From an uncultured Candidatus Saccharibacteria bacterium (GTDB taxonomy: Bacteria; Patescibacteriota; Dojkabacteria; J137): a stretch of DNA of 64,000 nucleotides. The DNA is taken from contig CAZWRA010000001.1 in the NCBI GenBank assembly GCA_964635995.1, positions 226 to 64,225 of the forward strand. The letters are read 5' to 3'. Positions 19,591 to 30,636 of this stretch are shown here, piece by piece (position 1 is the stretch's first letter; the number at the start of each line of letters is the position of its first letter). The position numbers were made by a program, and so were the translations under genes. Under the pieces are notes generated by a model. The model ran no database searches, was not told the DNA's origin, and saw only the letters and a list, made by a program, of their open reading frames with translations.

Positions 19591-20669
19591 CCGTTATGTT
19601 TAAACAATACAAGATCTCCATCTTGCATTATGTAAGTTTTACCTTCTAGTCTGACCTTACCTTTTTCTTTTGCTTTAACCCACCCGCCAAGTTCGACAAA
19701 ATCATGGCAATTAACAACATCCACAGCTATAAAGTTATTTTCAATATCAGAGTGGATTACCCCAGCTGCTTTAGGAGCAGTTGTTCCTTTCTTAATTGTC
19801 CAAGCTCTACTTTCTTTAGGACCTGATGTAAAGTAAGACATTAACCCAAGAAGGTCATAAGCTTCATTTGTAAGCATTTCAAGTCCAGTTGAACTAATTC
19901 CTAGCTCTTTCATAAATTCTGCTCTTTCTTCGTCACTCATTAATGATAGATCAGCTTCTGTTTTAATATCTAAGGCAATAACATTATGATCTCCAACAAT
20001 CTCTTTAATTTTCTTAATGTCGGCCTCAAAATTACCTTCTGATGAGTTTGCAACATATAAGACTGGTTTATCTGTTAGTAAGAAAAGTTCATTTCTTAAA
20101 GCTTTAATTTCATCGTTATTTTCATTCTCGAAAGTAATTGCAAGATTCCCATCACTTAAATGTTGTTCAAGATTAGTAAGAAAATCAACTAAAGGTTTCA
20201 TTTTTGGATTAGCTCTTGCTTTACCTTCAATAGCCCCTCTTCTACTTTGGATTGTATCTAAATCTTTTAGAATTAACTCAGTATTAATTAGTTCAATATC
20301 TCGTTTAGGATCTACATAATTTTCAACATGAGTAATATTCGCATTTTCAAAAGCTCTTACAACATGAATTATTGCAGAAACCTCTCGAATATTAGCTAGA
20401 AATTGATTTCCAAGTCCTTCTCCTTTAGAAGCACCTTTAACTAATCCAGCAATATCAACAAATTCAACAACAGCCGGTGTAATTTTTTCAGGCTTTTCAA
20501 CTTCTGCAATTTTATTTAGCCGATCATCAAAAACTGGAACAATCCCATGGTTTGGGTCGATTGTACAGAAAGGATAATTTTCAGCAGGAATATCATTTCT
20601 AGTTAAAGCATTAAATAGTGTTGATTTTCCTACATTCGGCATTCCAACAATTCCTAGTGATAGGTTCAT
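19587..20669 (-). CDS. ychF: Ribosome-binding ATPase YchF (Obg-family GTPase with TGS domain)
   Basis: G1 motif GIVGMPNVGKSTLFNALT, YPFCTIDPN, C-terminal TGS-like domain. 360 aa. Confidence 0.9.
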   Translation of the reverse strand: MNLSLGIVGMPNVGKSTLFNALTRNDIPAENYPFCTIDPNHGIVPVFDDRLNKIAEVEKPEKITPAVVEFVDIAGLVKGASKGEGLGNQFLANIREVSAIIHVVRAFENANITHVENYVDPKRDIELINTELILKDLDTIQSRRGAIEGKARANPKMKPLVDFLTNLEQHLSDGNLAITFENENNDEIKALRNELFLLTDKPVLYVANSSEGNFEADIKKIKEIVGDHNVIALDIKTEADLSLMSDEERAEFMKELGISSTGLEMLTNEAYDLLGLMSYFTSGPKESRAWTIKKGTTAPKAAGVIHSDIENNFIAVDVVNCHDFVELGGWVKAKEKGKVRLEGKTYIMQDGDLVLFKHNG

Positions 20670-20724
20670 AAAGGGTTTCTAAACTTGTAATTATATCGTA
20701 TAATCCCGCAATTATGTATCAGGT

Positions 20725-21201
20725 ATGTCAGAATCTGGTGAAATAATAGAACTGCAGGCTCTAAATCATCAAATAAATTTAAGAGCGATAAATGACTTTC
20801 TTAACGACGAAAGTAACTGGAGAGTCCTGAATTCACAAGAAGCAAGAAATTTAAGAGCAACAAGAGTTCAATTAGTTACCTTTTATAATGCATACGTAAT
20901 AAAAAGTAATAAGGCTAAATTTAAACTTGTATACTATCCTGAAGATGCAAAACGTAAAGATTAGAAGCGAATTATAAGAGTTTATGGAGCAATTGCTAAG
21001 ACAGCATTTGAAATGAACTATAGACTTTTTATTGAAGGTTATAAACCTACTGAGAAGATCCATTTGGAGGAAGATGAAGAATATGATGAAATACTTATGA
21101 GTGGGGATTTTGACACAGAACATCCTATGTATGAATTCTATGATGTTTTAGATGATGAAGAAGGCTTAGATGACGACTATGATGATATTAGAGAAGCGTA
21201 G
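20725..21201 (+). pseudogene. Small hypothetical gene apparently interrupted by an in-frame TAG (79-aa and 62-aa ORFs in the same frame, 16 stop-free codons between them); acidic C-terminal tail
   Basis: ORFs 20725..20964 and 21013..21201 share a frame. The intervening 48 nt encode KRIIRVYGAIAKTAFE with no stop. Alternatively these are two tiny independent genes. Confidence 0.3.
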
Positions 21202-23740
21202 GTAACCCTTCAAAATCAGGATTGTTTTTAATCTTCTCAATAGCATCTGCAAGCATTTCAATATAAAGAGCGTATCCAACTCCATTAATATGTCCACTCT
21301 GGCTTTCTCCTAAAATATTTCCAGCTCCTCTAATCTCTAAATCTTTCGAAGCAATTCTAAACCCAGCTCCAAGATCTTGATTATCTACAAGAGATTGTAA
21401 TCTTTCCATATAGAATTTTTGAGAAGCACTTTTCTCAGAATTAGCTTTAATTAAAGACATTAAGGCTTCCTGATTATCAGCATCAATACTGTCTAAAATC
21501 TTTTTACTTGGTTTAGGAGCCATTAAATAACAATATGCTTTAATTTCAGATCGACCGACACGACCTCTCATCTGATAAAGTTGAGACAGTCCAAATTTAT
21601 GAGCATCATGAATAATTATTGTATTTACATTCGGTAAATCTAATCCATTTTCTATAATACTTGTAGCTACTAATACATCAAACTTCTTATAATAAAAATC
21701 TGTAAATAGTTTATCTAGAGAATCAGGAGTCATTCTTCCATGAGCAAATTCAATTGAAACTTCTGGTAGTAAACTTTTTAATTTATTAGCAATTCCTGGA
21801 ATTGATTGAACTCTATTATGAACAAAATATACTTGTCCACCTCTTGAAACCTCCTTTTGAATTTCCTTTGCAGCTCTACTCCAATCTTCAAAAATAATTT
21901 CAGTTGCAACACCTTGTCTTCCTTTTGGAGGTGTAGAAATTATTGAAATATCTTGAATTGATGAAAGGGCTAGGCTTAGACTTCTTGGAATTGGTGTAGC
22001 ACTAACAGATAATACATGGACACCGTAATTAAGCTGTTTAATTTTCTCTTTTTGTTTTACTCCAAATTTTTGTTCTTCATCTACAACTAAAAGACCCAGA
22101 TCTTTAAACTTAATATCTGAACTTAAAAGTCTATGGGTTCCTATTACAATATCTACCTTCCTATCATTAATTTCATCTACAGTAGCTCTATTTTCTTTGA
22201 CAGAATTAAATCTTGAAAGCAATCTTATTTGAAATTTAGTATCTTTAAATCTTTCTTTAAAAACATCAAAGTGTTGAGAAGCAAGGATTGTTGTTGGGGC
22301 AAGTATTGCAACTTGCTTTTTACTCTCATTCATTTTAAAAGCAGCACGCATAATGACTTCAGTCTTTCCAAAACCAACGTCTCCAACAACAAGCCTATTC
22401 ATTGGAGTTTCTGATTCAAGATCTTTAATAACTTCATTAATTGATCTAATTTGATCTGGTGTTTCTTCGTATTGAAATTTATTAATAAACTTTTCATACT
22501 CTTTTGAATCTTTAGAATCAACTTTAAAAGCTTTTGAGACTTCTCTTTTTGCGTAATGTTTTATTAAAGTTTCTGCTGTTATTAAAGCGGTTTTTCTAGC
22601 CTTGTTCTTAACTTCTTTCCAATTCTTCTTTCCTAATTTTGTAAGTTTAGGAACATTTCCCTCATTCCCTAAATATTTTGCAATTTTATTAATCTGATCT
22701 ATCGGAACATAAAGCTCATCTTCTTCTGCAAATTTAATTAGTAAGTAGTCATTTGGAACATTATCTACAACCTGTTGTTCTAAACCTGAATAAATTCCAA
22801 TTCCATAATCCTCATGAACTATATAATCTCCTACAGAAACTTCACCTTCAAACTGCCTAAGAATATTTTGAAGTGTTTTTGAATTAATTCCAGACTCTGA
22901 GCGTTTTAGATCTATAACTCCGAAAAGCTCTCTATCAGTTAAAAGTACAATTTTATTTGAATTCGAAATAAATCCTGCAGGAAGTTTTTTTAATGATTCC
23001 TCAGAAACATGAAATTCATTTTTTTGAAACCTTAATGTAATGTCATCAACTTCTTCTTCAAAAACTTTTTTCCTAGAATTTGTTAATACTTTAAATCCAT
23101 TATTCTTATATTTACTTATCTCAGATTTAGCTACCTCAATATTAGAAAAGAAAAGAGGTCCGAAAACTAAATCTGTTTCAACTATTTCAATATTTCCGCT
23201 AAAGAATTCAGTTATTTTTCTATCTATTGTTTTATCTGAAAAAACAACCTTTTGAAGTTCACCTTTTCCTTCTTTAAAATCTAGTGATTCAAGTTCTCCT
23301 TTGTCTGAAGGTAGATAATCAGTAATTACAATATAATCGATCTCTTTTACCTTTTTATTAGTAAAATGATCATAAAGATTAATTTTCTCAATATCTTCTC
23401 CAAAGAATTCTAGTCTGACTGGAAAATCGTAACCTGGAAGCCAAACATCAATAATATCTCCTCTAACAGAAAACTCAAGCATTGAACTTACGCTATCTAC
23501 CTTTTTAAATTCAAGATTAACACCAACTTTAAATTCATCTATAACACCAATTGTATTAGTCTTACTATCTAGGTTTGTGATTCTATTTAATAAATCAGAG
23601 TATGTAATCTCATCTTTTTTAAGTAAAAAAGCATTTTGAACTGAATCAAAAAGCTCAGCAGAGAAACTTTTTGAATAAAAAGTTAATTTATCTGAGATAA
23701 ATAAAGGTTGTAGATGTCCAAGAGTTTTAACTATTTTCAA
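21188..23740 (-). CDS. mfd: Transcription-repair coupling factor (shortened N-terminus relative to E. coli Mfd)
   Basis: CarD/TRCF domain motif [17 protein letters not shown] followed by SF2 helicase motifs ([25 protein letters not shown]) and C-terminal TRCF domain. Confidence 0.85.
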   Translation of the reverse strand: MKIVKTLGHLQPLFISDKLTFYSKSFSAELFDSVQNAFLLKKDEITYSDLLNRITNLDSKTNTIGVIDEFKVGVNLEFKKVDSVSSMLEFSVRGDIIDVWLPGYDFPVRLEFFGEDIEKINLYDHFTNKKVKEIDYIVITDYLPSDKGELESLDFKEGKGELQKVVFSDKTIDRKITEFFSGNIEIVETDLVFGPLFFSNIEVAKSEISKYKNNGFKVLTNSRKKVFEEEVDDITLRFQKNEFHVSEESLKKLPAGFISNSNKIVLLTDRELFGVIDLKRSESGINSKTLQNILRQFEGEVSVGDYIVHEDYGIGIYSGLEQQVVDNVPNDYLLIKFAEEDELYVPIDQINKIAKYLGNEGNVPKLTKLGKKNWKEVKNKARKTALITAETLIKHYAKREVSKAFKVDSKDSKEYEKFINKFQYEETPDQIRSINEVIKDLESETPMNRLVVGDVGFGKTEVIMRAAFKMNESKKQVAILAPTTILASQHFDVFKERFKDTKFQIRLLSRFNSVKENRATVDEINDRKVDIVIGTHRLLSSDIKFKDLGLLVVDEEQKFGVKQKEKIKQLNYGVHVLSVSATPIPRSLSLALSSIQDISIISTPPKGRQGVATEIIFEDWSRAAKEIQKEVSRGGQVYFVHNRVQSIPGIANKLKSLLPEVSIEFAHGRMTPDSLDKLFTDFYYKKFDVLVATSIIENGLDLPNVNTIIIHDAHKFGLSQLYQMRGRVGRSEIKAYCYLMAPKPSKKILDSIDADNQEALMSLIKANSEKSASQKFYMERLQSLVDNQDLGAGFRIASKDLEIRGAGNILGESQSGHINGVGYALYIEMLADAIEKIKNNPDFEGLPTLL

Positions 23741-23768
23741 TTTATTTTTTATGTTTAGAATTTGAATA

Positions 23769-26700
23769 TTAGGATTTGGAACTTAGCTTTTTAAGCCATT
23801 CCCCCGTATAACTCTCCTTCGTATTCATAATATCTTCTGGAGTTCCTAGAGCAACAATAGTCCCTCCTTTCTCTCCTCCTTCAGGTCCAAGATCAATAAT
23901 CCAGTCCGCAGTCTTAATTACATCTAGATTATGCTCAATAACAATTACTGAATTACCTTTTAGAACTAATCCATGAAGAACAATTAAAAGTTTTCTAACA
24001 TCTTCAAAGTGTAAACCTGTTGTAGGCTCATCCAAAATATATAAAGTCTTACCTGTTGATCTTTTAGCTAACTCACTAGCTAGTTTAACTCTTTGAGATT
24101 CTCCTCCAGACAGAGTTGTTCCTGCTTGGCCTAATCTTATATATCCAAGTCCTACATCCATAAGAGTTTGAAGTTTATTTCTAATTGCGCTTACATTATC
24201 AAAGAAGCTAACTCCTTCCTCAACAGTCATATCTAAGACTTCAGAAATATTTTTTCCTTTATAATCTATCTGTAATGTTTCTCTGTTATATCTTTTTCCT
24301 TTACATACATCGCAAGTTACATAAACATCTGGAAGAAATTGCATTGAAATTTGAATAACACCTGCTCCCTGACATTTCTCACATCTTCCTCTTTTAACAT
24401 TAAAACTAAACCGCCCTGGTTTGTATCCTCTTGCTTTTGCTTCTTTAGTTCCTGCATACATATCTCTAATTTGTGTAAATACACCAGTATATGTAGCTGG
24501 ATTTGATCTTGGAGTTTTTCCGATTGGAGATTGATCAATATCGATTACTTTATCAATATTTTCTAATCCAGTAACACTCTTGTATTCACCAGGAACAACT
24601 TTTGAGTTATATAAATGTTTAGATAGAACAGGATACACAACTTCATTGATTGTTGAGGATTTTCCACTTCCAGAAACTCCTGTTACACATACAAGTTTTC
24701 CAAGAGGAATCTCAAGGTCAAAACCTTTAAGGTTGTTATGTGTCAGTTTTGTGAATAAAAGAGTATTTTTATTTTCTTTTCTATCTTTAATTTCTCCAAG
24801 TGAATCAAGCTTCTTAATATCATTATAAATCTCTTCTTTATCAATTTTTTTCTTTCCAGAAAGATATTGACCAGTTAAAGAATTTTTATCATTAATCACA
24901 TCCTCAGCTTTCCCGAAAGAAACAACTTCTCCTCCATGTTCCCCAGCTCCAGGACCAATATCAATAACATGATCTGCTTTTTTTATTGTATCTTCATCGT
25001 GTTCAACAACTACTACAGTATTTCCGATATCTCTTAAATTTTCTAAAGTATGGATTAGTTTTTCATTATCTCTTTGATGTAATCCAATAGATGGTTCATC
25101 AAGAACATATAGTACTCCCGTTAAACCTGTTCCAATCTGAGAAGCTAGTCTAATTCTCTGTGCTTCACCTCCAGAAAGTGTTCTAGCTGTTCGACTTAAT
25201 GTTAAATATTCAAGACCTACTGAAATTAAGAAGTTTAATCTAACAGCAATTTCTTTGAATATTTGTCTTCCTATTTCTTGCTCTTGTTCACTTAGAGTAT
25301 CCTCAAGAGGCTTTATTTCAGGGAAGTTAAACAAAGTGTTTAAAATACTACCTTTTTGTTCAAATGAATATGAGTTATCAGCAATAGAAGTAATCCAATC
25401 ATATGCATCTTTAATGCTCATGTTTGTTACATCAACAATATTTGATCCAGCTATTGTTACAGAAAGTGACTCATTTCTTAATCTATATCCAAGACAAGTA
25501 GGACATTCTTTTTCAATCATGTATTGCTCAATCTCATTTCGAATATAATCTGAGTCTGTATCGTTATATCTTCTTAGTAAATTAGGAATTACTCCTTCAA
25601 ATTTATTATTCCATTCAAATTTTTCTCCAGAAGTGTTTGTATAAGTTCCTTTATATTTTTGTGTTCCTGACCCGTATAGAATAATGTCTCTATGCTCCTT
25701 TGAAAGCTCTACTATTGGTTTTCTCAGGTCAATTTTATGATGTTCAGCTACTGACTGTAATCTATTTAAAGTAAATGAATTCTCATTCTCAATTACTCTG
25801 TTCCAAGGATAAATTCCTCCCTCCATTACAGTTAGTCTAGGATTAAAGATTAAACTTTCATCAATCTCTTTAATTGAGCCCAGTCCATTACAAGTTTTAC
25901 ATGCTCCATGAGGAGAGTTAAAAGAAAAAGAATGTGGTTCTATTTCAGGAAATGATTCACCAGATCCTGGGTCAACAAGTTTTTCAGAAAAGAAAATATC
26001 TCCACCATCTTTAATTTTTATATCTTTAAACTTTTTAAGTTGTTCTTCATCTAAAATATTTACATATAATTCCCCATCTCCACTATTTATAGATAACTCT
26101 ACAGAGTCGGTTAGTCTTTTTATAAAAGTCTCGTCTTCTTTGGAATCTTTTTTAATTACAAGCCTGTCTATAACCAAATCGATGTTATGTTTTACATATC
26201 GATCAAGTTTAATCTCTTCCTCAAGATTAAATATATTCCCATCGACTCGAACTCTAACAAAACCTTGAGAAAGAAATCGATTAAATAACTCTTCGTATGT
26301 TCCTTTTCTATTTTTAATAATCGGAGAAATAATTTGTACTTTTACATCTTCACCAACAACACTATAAAAATCTAAAATTCTATCTACTATTTGTTGAACA
26401 GTTTGTTTTTCTAATCTTCTTCCAGTTATAGGACTTCTAGCATGTCCAGTTCTAGCAAATAACAATCTTAAGTAATCATAAATCTCAGTTACAGTTCCAA
26501 CAGTTGATCTTGGGTTATGTCCTGTTGATTTTTGATCAATTGAAATTGCTGGCTGTAATCCCTCAATTAAATCAACATCAGGTTTATCCATTAAACCTAG
26601 AAATTGACGTGCATATGAGGAAAGTGACTCAACATATCGTCTTTTTCCTTCTGCATAAATTGTATCGAAAGCTAAGGATGATTTCCCAGAGCCAGAAAGC

Positions 26701-26819
26701 CCTGTTATTACAGTTAATTTGTCCTTAGGGATATCAACATCAATATTTTTTAGATTATTTGTCCTAGCTCCTCGAACCTTTATAAAATCACTTTCAGCCA
26801 TTGTGGGTAGATAAACCAT
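23769..26819 (-). CDS. uvrA: Excinuclease ABC subunit A (probable true start at MAESDF, 6 codons inside the ORF)
   Basis: Canonical UvrA N-terminus ([58 protein letters not shown]). Two ABC modules with LSGGE signature motifs and zinc-finger cysteines. Confidence 0.95.
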   Translation of the reverse strand: MVYLPTMAESDFIKVRGARTNNLKNIDVDIPKDKLTVITGLSGSGKSSLAFDTIYAEGKRRYVESLSSYARQFLGLMDKPDVDLIEGLQPAISIDQKSTGHNPRSTVGTVTEIYDYLRLLFARTGHARSPITGRRLEKQTVQQIVDRILDFYSVVGEDVKVQIISPIIKNRKGTYEELFNRFLSQGFVRVRVDGNIFNLEEEIKLDRYVKHNIDLVIDRLVIKKDSKEDETFIKRLTDSVELSINSGDGELYVNILDEEQLKKFKDIKIKDGGDIFFSEKLVDPGSGESFPEIEPHSFSFNSPHGACKTCNGLGSIKEIDESLIFNPRLTVMEGGIYPWNRVIENENSFTLNRLQSVAEHHKIDLRKPIVELSKEHRDIILYGSGTQKYKGTYTNTSGEKFEWNNKFEGVIPNLLRRYNDTDSDYIRNEIEQYMIEKECPTCLGYRLRNESLSVTIAGSNIVDVTNMSIKDAYDWITSIADNSYSFEQKGSILNTLFNFPEIKPLEDTLSEQEQEIGRQIFKEIAVRLNFLISVGLEYLTLSRTARTLSGGEAQRIRLASQIGTGLTGVLYVLDEPSIGLHQRDNEKLIHTLENLRDIGNTVVVVEHDEDTIKKADHVIDIGPGAGEHGGEVVSFGKAEDVINDKNSLTGQYLSGKKKIDKEEIYNDIKKLDSLGEIKDRKENKNTLLFTKLTHNNLKGFDLEIPLGKLVCVTGVSGSGKSSTINEVVYPVLSKHLYNSKVVPGEYKSVTGLENIDKVIDIDQSPIGKTPRSNPATYTGVFTQIRDMYAGTKEAKARGYKPGRFSFNVKRGRCEKCQGAGVIQISMQFLPDVYVTCDVCKGKRYNRETLQIDYKGKNISEVLDMTVEEGVSFFDNVSAIRNKLQTLMDVGLGYIRLGQAGTTLSGGESQRVKLASELAKRSTGKTLYILDEPTTGLHFEDVRKLLIVLHGLVLKGNSVIVIEHNLDVIKTADWIIDLGPEGGEKGGTIVALGTPEDIMNTKESYTGEWLKKLSSKS

Positions 26820-26918
26820 TCATTATAACATTAAAACCTTTTTTCAACTGAGTATCACTATTACCTATTTATGATAAATTGGATTAATATAGAATTATTA
26901 ATATTTTTGTAAAATATC

Positions 26919-27752
26919 ATGAAAATAAATAAAGCTTTAATAACTGCTGCAGGTTTTGGATCTAGATTTCTTCCAATAACAAAAACTATTCCAAAAGAAA
27001 TGCTACCTATAATTGACAAACCTATTATTCATTATATCGTAAAAGAGTGTGCTGACGCTGGAATTGAAGAGGTTATAATTGTGGCTGCACCTGATGAAGT
27101 AAAAATTTTTGAGGATTACTTCTACGGACATGCAGAGAATATAAGAATGTTAATGCAGCTTCAAGGAAAAATGGATAGATGGCAAAAAGTGAAGCAAGTG
27201 TTTGAACTTCCTAAAATCACAGTTATTCCTGAAAACAGAACTATAGCTTATGGTAACGGAAGGCCTATTCTTACTGCAAAAACAATTTTAGAGCATGAAG
27301 AAGCTTTTGTAGTTTGCTTTGGAGATGATTTAGTACTTTCTGAAGTTTCAGCAGTAAAACAGGCTGTTGATTTTTTTAAGGAAAATAAATGCGAGGGGGT
27401 TATGCAAGTAGTAGAAATGCCGAAAGAGCATATTACAAAGGGAGGTGAAGTAAGAATTAAAAAAGGAACAAAAAATCAAGTCGAGAGAGTTATTGAGAAA
27501 CCAAAACTAGAAGAAGTAGAATCAACACTTTATTCCTATGGACGTTTTGTTTTAACTAATAAAATATTTAAATATTTAACACCTGATTTAATTGGACAAA
27601 ACGAAGAAATCTGGCTCCAAGATGCAAATGCAGAGCTGGCTAAACACCATAAAATGCTTGTTAATGTTGTAGATGGTGAATTCTATACAACTGGTGATCC
27701 AGAAAATTATTTAAAAGCCCAAAATGCTTTTTACAACAAATTAGTAAGTTAA
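26919..27752 (+). CDS. galU: UTP--glucose-1-phosphate uridylyltransferase
   Basis: N-terminal nucleotidyltransferase motif KALITAAGFGSRFLPITKTIPKEMLPIIDKPIIHYIV matches GalU. Confidence 0.8.
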   Translation: MKINKALITAAGFGSRFLPITKTIPKEMLPIIDKPIIHYIVKECADAGIEEVIIVAAPDEVKIFEDYFYGHAENIRMLMQLQGKMDRWQKVKQVFELPKITVIPENRTIAYGNGRPILTAKTILEHEEAFVVCFGDDLVLSEVSAVKQAVDFFKENKCEGVMQVVEMPKEHITKGGEVRIKKGTKNQVERVIEKPKLEEVESTLYSYGRFVLTNKIFKYLTPDLIGQNEEIWLQDANAELAKHHKMLVNVVDGEFYTTGDPENYLKAQNAFYNKLVS

Positions 27753-28111
27753 TCTTCAACAATTTCTACTTTATTTGTATAAAAAGCTACGTAATTCGAA
27801 AAGTCAGCTTCAGGCTTATTATTATCCTCACGAATAATCTCATTTGAACCTTCTTTAGGTACTGGATAAAACCATGCAGCATTTTCAGAAGACTGACTAT
27901 CAACACTAATTGTGTAGTAATGAGCTAAACCTTTCCAAGGACAAGTTGTATGGTGGCCGGTTTCATTGAAATACTCAGCTTTTATTGAGCTTGGAGGGAA
28001 ATACATATTTCCTTCAATCATGAGAATAGAAGATTTATCTGCTTCCGCAATAATATTGTTATTAAAAAGAACTTTTACCATAAAGATTAGATTAACTACC
28101 CTTATAGTCAC
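27749..28111 (-). CDS. DUF427 domain protein
   Basis: About 120 aa with …CPWKGLAHYYTISVDSQSSENAAWFYPVP… resembling the DUF427 signature (CPYKG…AAW.Y..P). Confidence 0.55.
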   Translation of the reverse strand: MTIRVVNLIFMVKVLFNNNIIAEADKSSILMIEGNMYFPPSSIKAEYFNETGHHTTCPWKGLAHYYTISVDSQSSENAAWFYPVPKEGSNEIIREDNNKPEADFSNYVAFYTNKVEIVED

Positions 28112-28174
28112 ATATTAGGATTCTAAGTTCAATTCTTTCTCTGCTTCTTGAAGAAAAGCAATAAAAATATGAGC

Positions 28175-28894
28175 TTAATTATCTTGCCCTTTTTCATTTA
28201 AGCCATGAACTATTTTTATTCTTTTAACGTGCTGACCTAAAAAATTTATTTGTTCTGTATTAAGAATATCTTCAAAAGCAAATAATGGAACATGTGTTGT
28301 TCTTCTTACTTTAGTTCCAGGCTCTGCATACATACTTTCTTCAAAATCTCTGATTGTTTTATCATAACCTACAATTGCAGCTACAACATCATTTGGTATA
28401 CCTCCTGCTTCTTTCCTAACAATATTAATGCTTACGGTTGGAACAGAAACATAACCTCCAACTAACCTTCTATTTGCTTCAATTGCATTCACATTAGGTT
28501 TTAAAGCAGATACTACTAAGTTATTTCTTTTATCAACATCACTTGTGTTAGATTTTCTACCTTGTTCAATGATGATAAAGCTCATATCTTCACCTTTAGC
28601 GCCTTTACATAGTATATTACTAAGTTGCGTGAAGGCGGGTCCAGCTGACACAATATCAGTACATTCTGTCATATTTTCTTCTATCCACCTAGTTCCAAAC
28701 ATTTTTACTGCTAGAGAAGCATTTCTAAAGTGCACTAATCCGGCTTGAAGCTGATAATCATCAGGATCAAATGCTGCTGTCTCTTGAACAATCTTAATTG
28801 TAGGAATGGATATAGGTAGTACATAATTTCCTTCAATTGTTTCTTGATCATCCGGATCATTACCATCTAATGGAGTAAAATTTAAATCTGTCAT
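28175..28894 (-). CDS. Conserved-looking cytoplasmic hypothetical protein (239 aa), no recognisable domain
   Basis: Clean ORF without signal peptide. No motif recognised from sequence alone. Confidence 0.45.
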   Translation of the reverse strand: MTDLNFTPLDGNDPDDQETIEGNYVLPISIPTIKIVQETAAFDPDDYQLQAGLVHFRNASLAVKMFGTRWIEENMTECTDIVSAGPAFTQLSNILCKGAKGEDMSFIIIEQGRKSNTSDVDKRNNLVVSALKPNVNAIEANRRLVGGYVSVPTVSINIVRKEAGGIPNDVVAAIVGYDKTIRDFEESMYAEPGTKVRRTTHVPLFAFEDILNTEQINFLGQHVKRIKIVHGLNEKGQDN

Positions 28895-28993
28895 TATTTT
28901 TTGTTAACTAAGTTTGAATTATATTATAGATAGTCTATATATCAAAATAATTTCTTTATAACTTATCTAATATATAGTAGGATTTTCTAATGA

Positions 28994-29734
28994 GTGCATT
29001 TTTAATAATAACAATTTCTGTTTTAAATTTTTTTTGCAGGATTTATACTTTCCGATCTTGTAGATACTCGTTATAAGTCGACTTGGAATTCTATTCTATA
29101 TGAAAATACTTTTAAAAATTCAATTGTTGGACTTGTAGCTGCATATGCATCTTTGCCCCTTTCACATTACTATCTTCTAGAAAATCACGATATTGTTTAT
29201 ACGCTTGCATTCTTGATTTCTAATATTATGTTACTGCTTTTAATATTTTCATCTTATTTTGATATTCAATATTTTAAAGTATTAAATGGATTAACTAAGT
29301 ACTCAATATTTTTTCTTATTGTATTAAATATTGGAGCATTATTTATCTTTACTAATCAAAACGACATATTACTATTTAATAATTTAGATTTTAGACCTCT
29401 AGATAATTTAGTTGCAGGTTTCTTTTCTTGGTTTGTAACATTAAGTATTGTTAAGCTTTCAAATGATAAGGGCATGGGTGAAGGAGATATTAGAATAGCT
29501 ACAATTATTGGTTTGTCTTTTGGAATCTCGAAGGTAATTTTAGCAATGTACATAGCTATTTTCAGTGCAATTTTATTTGGATTATTTGCAATGGTACAGA
29601 AACGTAATAATACATACTTAAGATTAAAACTGCCTTTTGTTCCATTTCTAGTTTTTGGAGCAGTTGTATCTCTCTATCTTACAATAAATGCAAATGATAT
29701 TTTCATTTTCATAGAGAATCTTCTATTCTCTTAA
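28994..29734 (+). CDS. pilD: Prepilin (type IV pilin leader) peptidase, A24 family; start uncertain (frame open back to a GTG at about 28994; ORF track ATG at 29153)
   Basis: C-terminal A24 motif GMGEGDIRIATIIGLSFG within a multi-TM protein. Convergent with the pilus gene cluster. Confidence 0.65.
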
Positions 29735-30109
29735 TACACTATAAGGATCAGTAGAGATATTTATTTCATAATTTCTAACAAAATTTGTATCAAGATTTGT
29801 TGAAACTACCTTGATATTTCGAATTGATCCACCTGGATTAGTTACTGTAGCTGAACAAATATCAATACCATCAAATCTTACATCAAAAACTCCAGTATAG
29901 TTGTTATCTTGTTTAATTCTTAATATTCCCTCTTCTAAACACGTAATTGATTTTAAATAACTAACTGAGTAATCACTTAAGTTTCTACTAGTTTTATTAA
30001 TATCAATTGTATTTAATACAAGGGTTACAGCACCAACTGTAAGTATAGCTGTAATAACAATTACAGTTGTCAACGCTACACTTGCTTTTTTAGTTTTTTT
30101 ATAAGACAT
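29723..30109 (-). CDS. Pilin-like / pseudopilin protein with N-terminal TM helix
   Basis: Short basic N-terminus followed by hydrophobic helix (KKASVALTTVIVITAILTV…). Last gene of the pilus operon. Confidence 0.4.
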   Translation of the reverse strand: MSYKKTKKASVALTTVIVITAILTVGAVTLVLNTIDINKTSRNLSDYSVSYLKSITCLEEGILRIKQDNNYTGVFDVRFDGIDICSATVTNPGGSIRNIKVVSTNLDTNFVRNYEINISTDPYSVLRE

Positions 30110-30575
30110 AAATAGTACTTAATGATTCAGTTACTCCAGGGTTTTTGTCATAAGCTAAAGTTATACTAAGTTCTACACCTATAATTTCATTATCAGCATT
30201 TTCAATCTCTGTAAAAATAAACTCCTGAACAATTTGACTTTGTAAAGTTATAATGGACTGATCTGCAGTTTCAGTTCTAACTAGTCTATTATTTTGAACT
30301 GAAAATGAAATATCTCCAGAGGCTGTATTAAAAATTAATGTTCCATTATTCAAGTCGAAATCACTTGATTGATCAATTGTTGATGCTCTTTCTGCTACAT
30401 CTAGTAATTCTTCATTAATAATAATTAATGATTTCTGCATTTCACCCCTGTTTAGTGAAAGTCTCTGATATTCGTTAATTCTTATCCCGAATTGAACAAT
30501 GACGATAAAAGCAACTCCAAACAATGTTAAATATACTGTGTTTTCAAGAAGTGTTATTGCTTTCTTATATCTCAT
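30099..30575 (-). CDS. Pseudopilin / minor pilin-like protein
   Basis: Degenerate prepilin N-terminus (KKAITLLENTVYLTLFGVAFIVIV) with Glu at +5-like position. Confidence 0.5.
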   Translation of the reverse strand: MRYKKAITLLENTVYLTLFGVAFIVIVQFGIRINEYQRLSLNRGEMQKSLIIINEELLDVAERASTIDQSSDFDLNNGTLIFNTASGDISFSVQNNRLVRTETADQSIITLQSQIVQEFIFTEIENADNEIIGVELSITLAYDKNPGVTESLSTIYVL

Positions 30576-30636
30576 CTTGTATAGACTAAGCTAAAATCTT
30601 GAAATATCGGACTAGTAACTCCATCTGATTGAAAAA

